A DNA stretch of 41,003 nucleotides from a virus (Duplodnaviria; Caudoviricetes): IMG/VR virus record IMGVR_UViG_3300033076_000432, positions 1-41,003 of that record. One strand, given 5' to 3'. The notes under the pieces are model-generated. The model ran no database searches. It was not told the origin of the DNA and saw only the letters and a list, made by a program, of their open reading frames with translations. Shown here one piece after another: positions 40,440-41,003 of the stretch (the stretch's first letter is position 1; each line of letters opens with the position of its first letter). A program made the position numbers and the translations under genes.

Positions 40440-41003
40440 GGACGAACACCGTCCCCTCGTCAGCAAACGCCGCTGCAAACGTCCGAACCTTGTCGCCCAT
40501 GTACAGGATGGCCTGCCCCTGCAACGGTGCGCCAGACGGGTTGCCCTGCGGGTCAAGGAACTTGATGCGGCTGCGCGGAAAGCACACCGCTGCGGCAACC
40601 TGAGCCATACGCTGGAACCACGCCGTCTCGGTAGCGTTGTTCACCAGCACGCATGCCTGCTTGACTTCGCCCGCCTCGTACTTCGCAGCCAGAGCCTCGG
40701 CAAAGTCGCCAATCAGCGGCTGCGCATAGGGAGGATTCATCCACACCCGAGCGCCCCACGGCTTGTCTCTGCCGTCGTCCTGCGCCGTATAAATGTGCTT
40801 GGCCTTGACCGTCTTGTTGGCTACCTCGGACGATGCCGGATCGGTGTCGATGCCACCCATCACCTTGCGAGCCAGTTCGATGTACTGCGGTGGCGTGTAC
40901 CGCTCGGTGTTACCGCTGTTCTGCGCCACATGGACATGCGCCTTGGCAACCTCGCGCATCTGCTCCACCGTGGCAGCGGCCACCTCGGCCTGGACGGCCT
41001 CAG
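40432..41003 (-). CDS. Phage N6-adenine DNA methyltransferase, 5'-truncated by the window end
   Basis: ERYTPPQYIE..R.VMGGIDTDPAS, VWMNPPY and NNATETAWFQ; frame open to the window end. Confidence 0.85.
   Translation of the reverse strand, partial: EAVQAEVAAATVEQMREVAKAHVHVAQNSGNTERYTPPQYIELARKVMGGIDTDPASSEVANKTVKAKHIYTAQDDGRDKPWGARVWMNPPYAQPLIGDFAEALAAKYEAGEVKQACVLVNNATETAWFQRMAQVAAAVCFPRSRIKFLDPQGNPSGAPLQGQAILYMGDKVRTFAAAFADEGTVFVHE

Overview
The window is an apparently complete ~39.9-kb tailed-phage genome, GC-rich by eye, with a podovirus-type tail module and a lambdoid regulatory layout. The host is probably a Gram-negative proteobacterium (inference from the spanins and gene content). 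Bases 1-77 recur exactly at 39894-39970, so 1-39893 closes into a circle, and 39971-41003 looks like an alternative allele of the 78-~1600 slot from a sister phage. Layout: cro/cI switch with four ATCGG-N4-CCGAT operators; a + strand early operon (SSB-like, NinB, Ref-like, DUF1566, DUF551); a - strand operon (short replication protein, DNA methyltransferases, nuclease, Q-like); then late genes (terminase, portal, scaffold, capsid, tail and ejection proteins, lysis). No integrase, ParA, helicase or primase is recognisable. Most notable: (1) two long, densely base-paired non-coding elements, one before a replication protein reduced to its C-terminal domain and one where int/attP normally lies; (2) a two-frame alpha/beta C5 methyltransferase carrying a 420-bp HNH insertion that leaves the alpha frame open; (3) two ADP-ribosyltransferase-like genes inside the lysis cassette that share short terminal peptide motifs. 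All family assignments are by-eye motif recognition; no searches were run.
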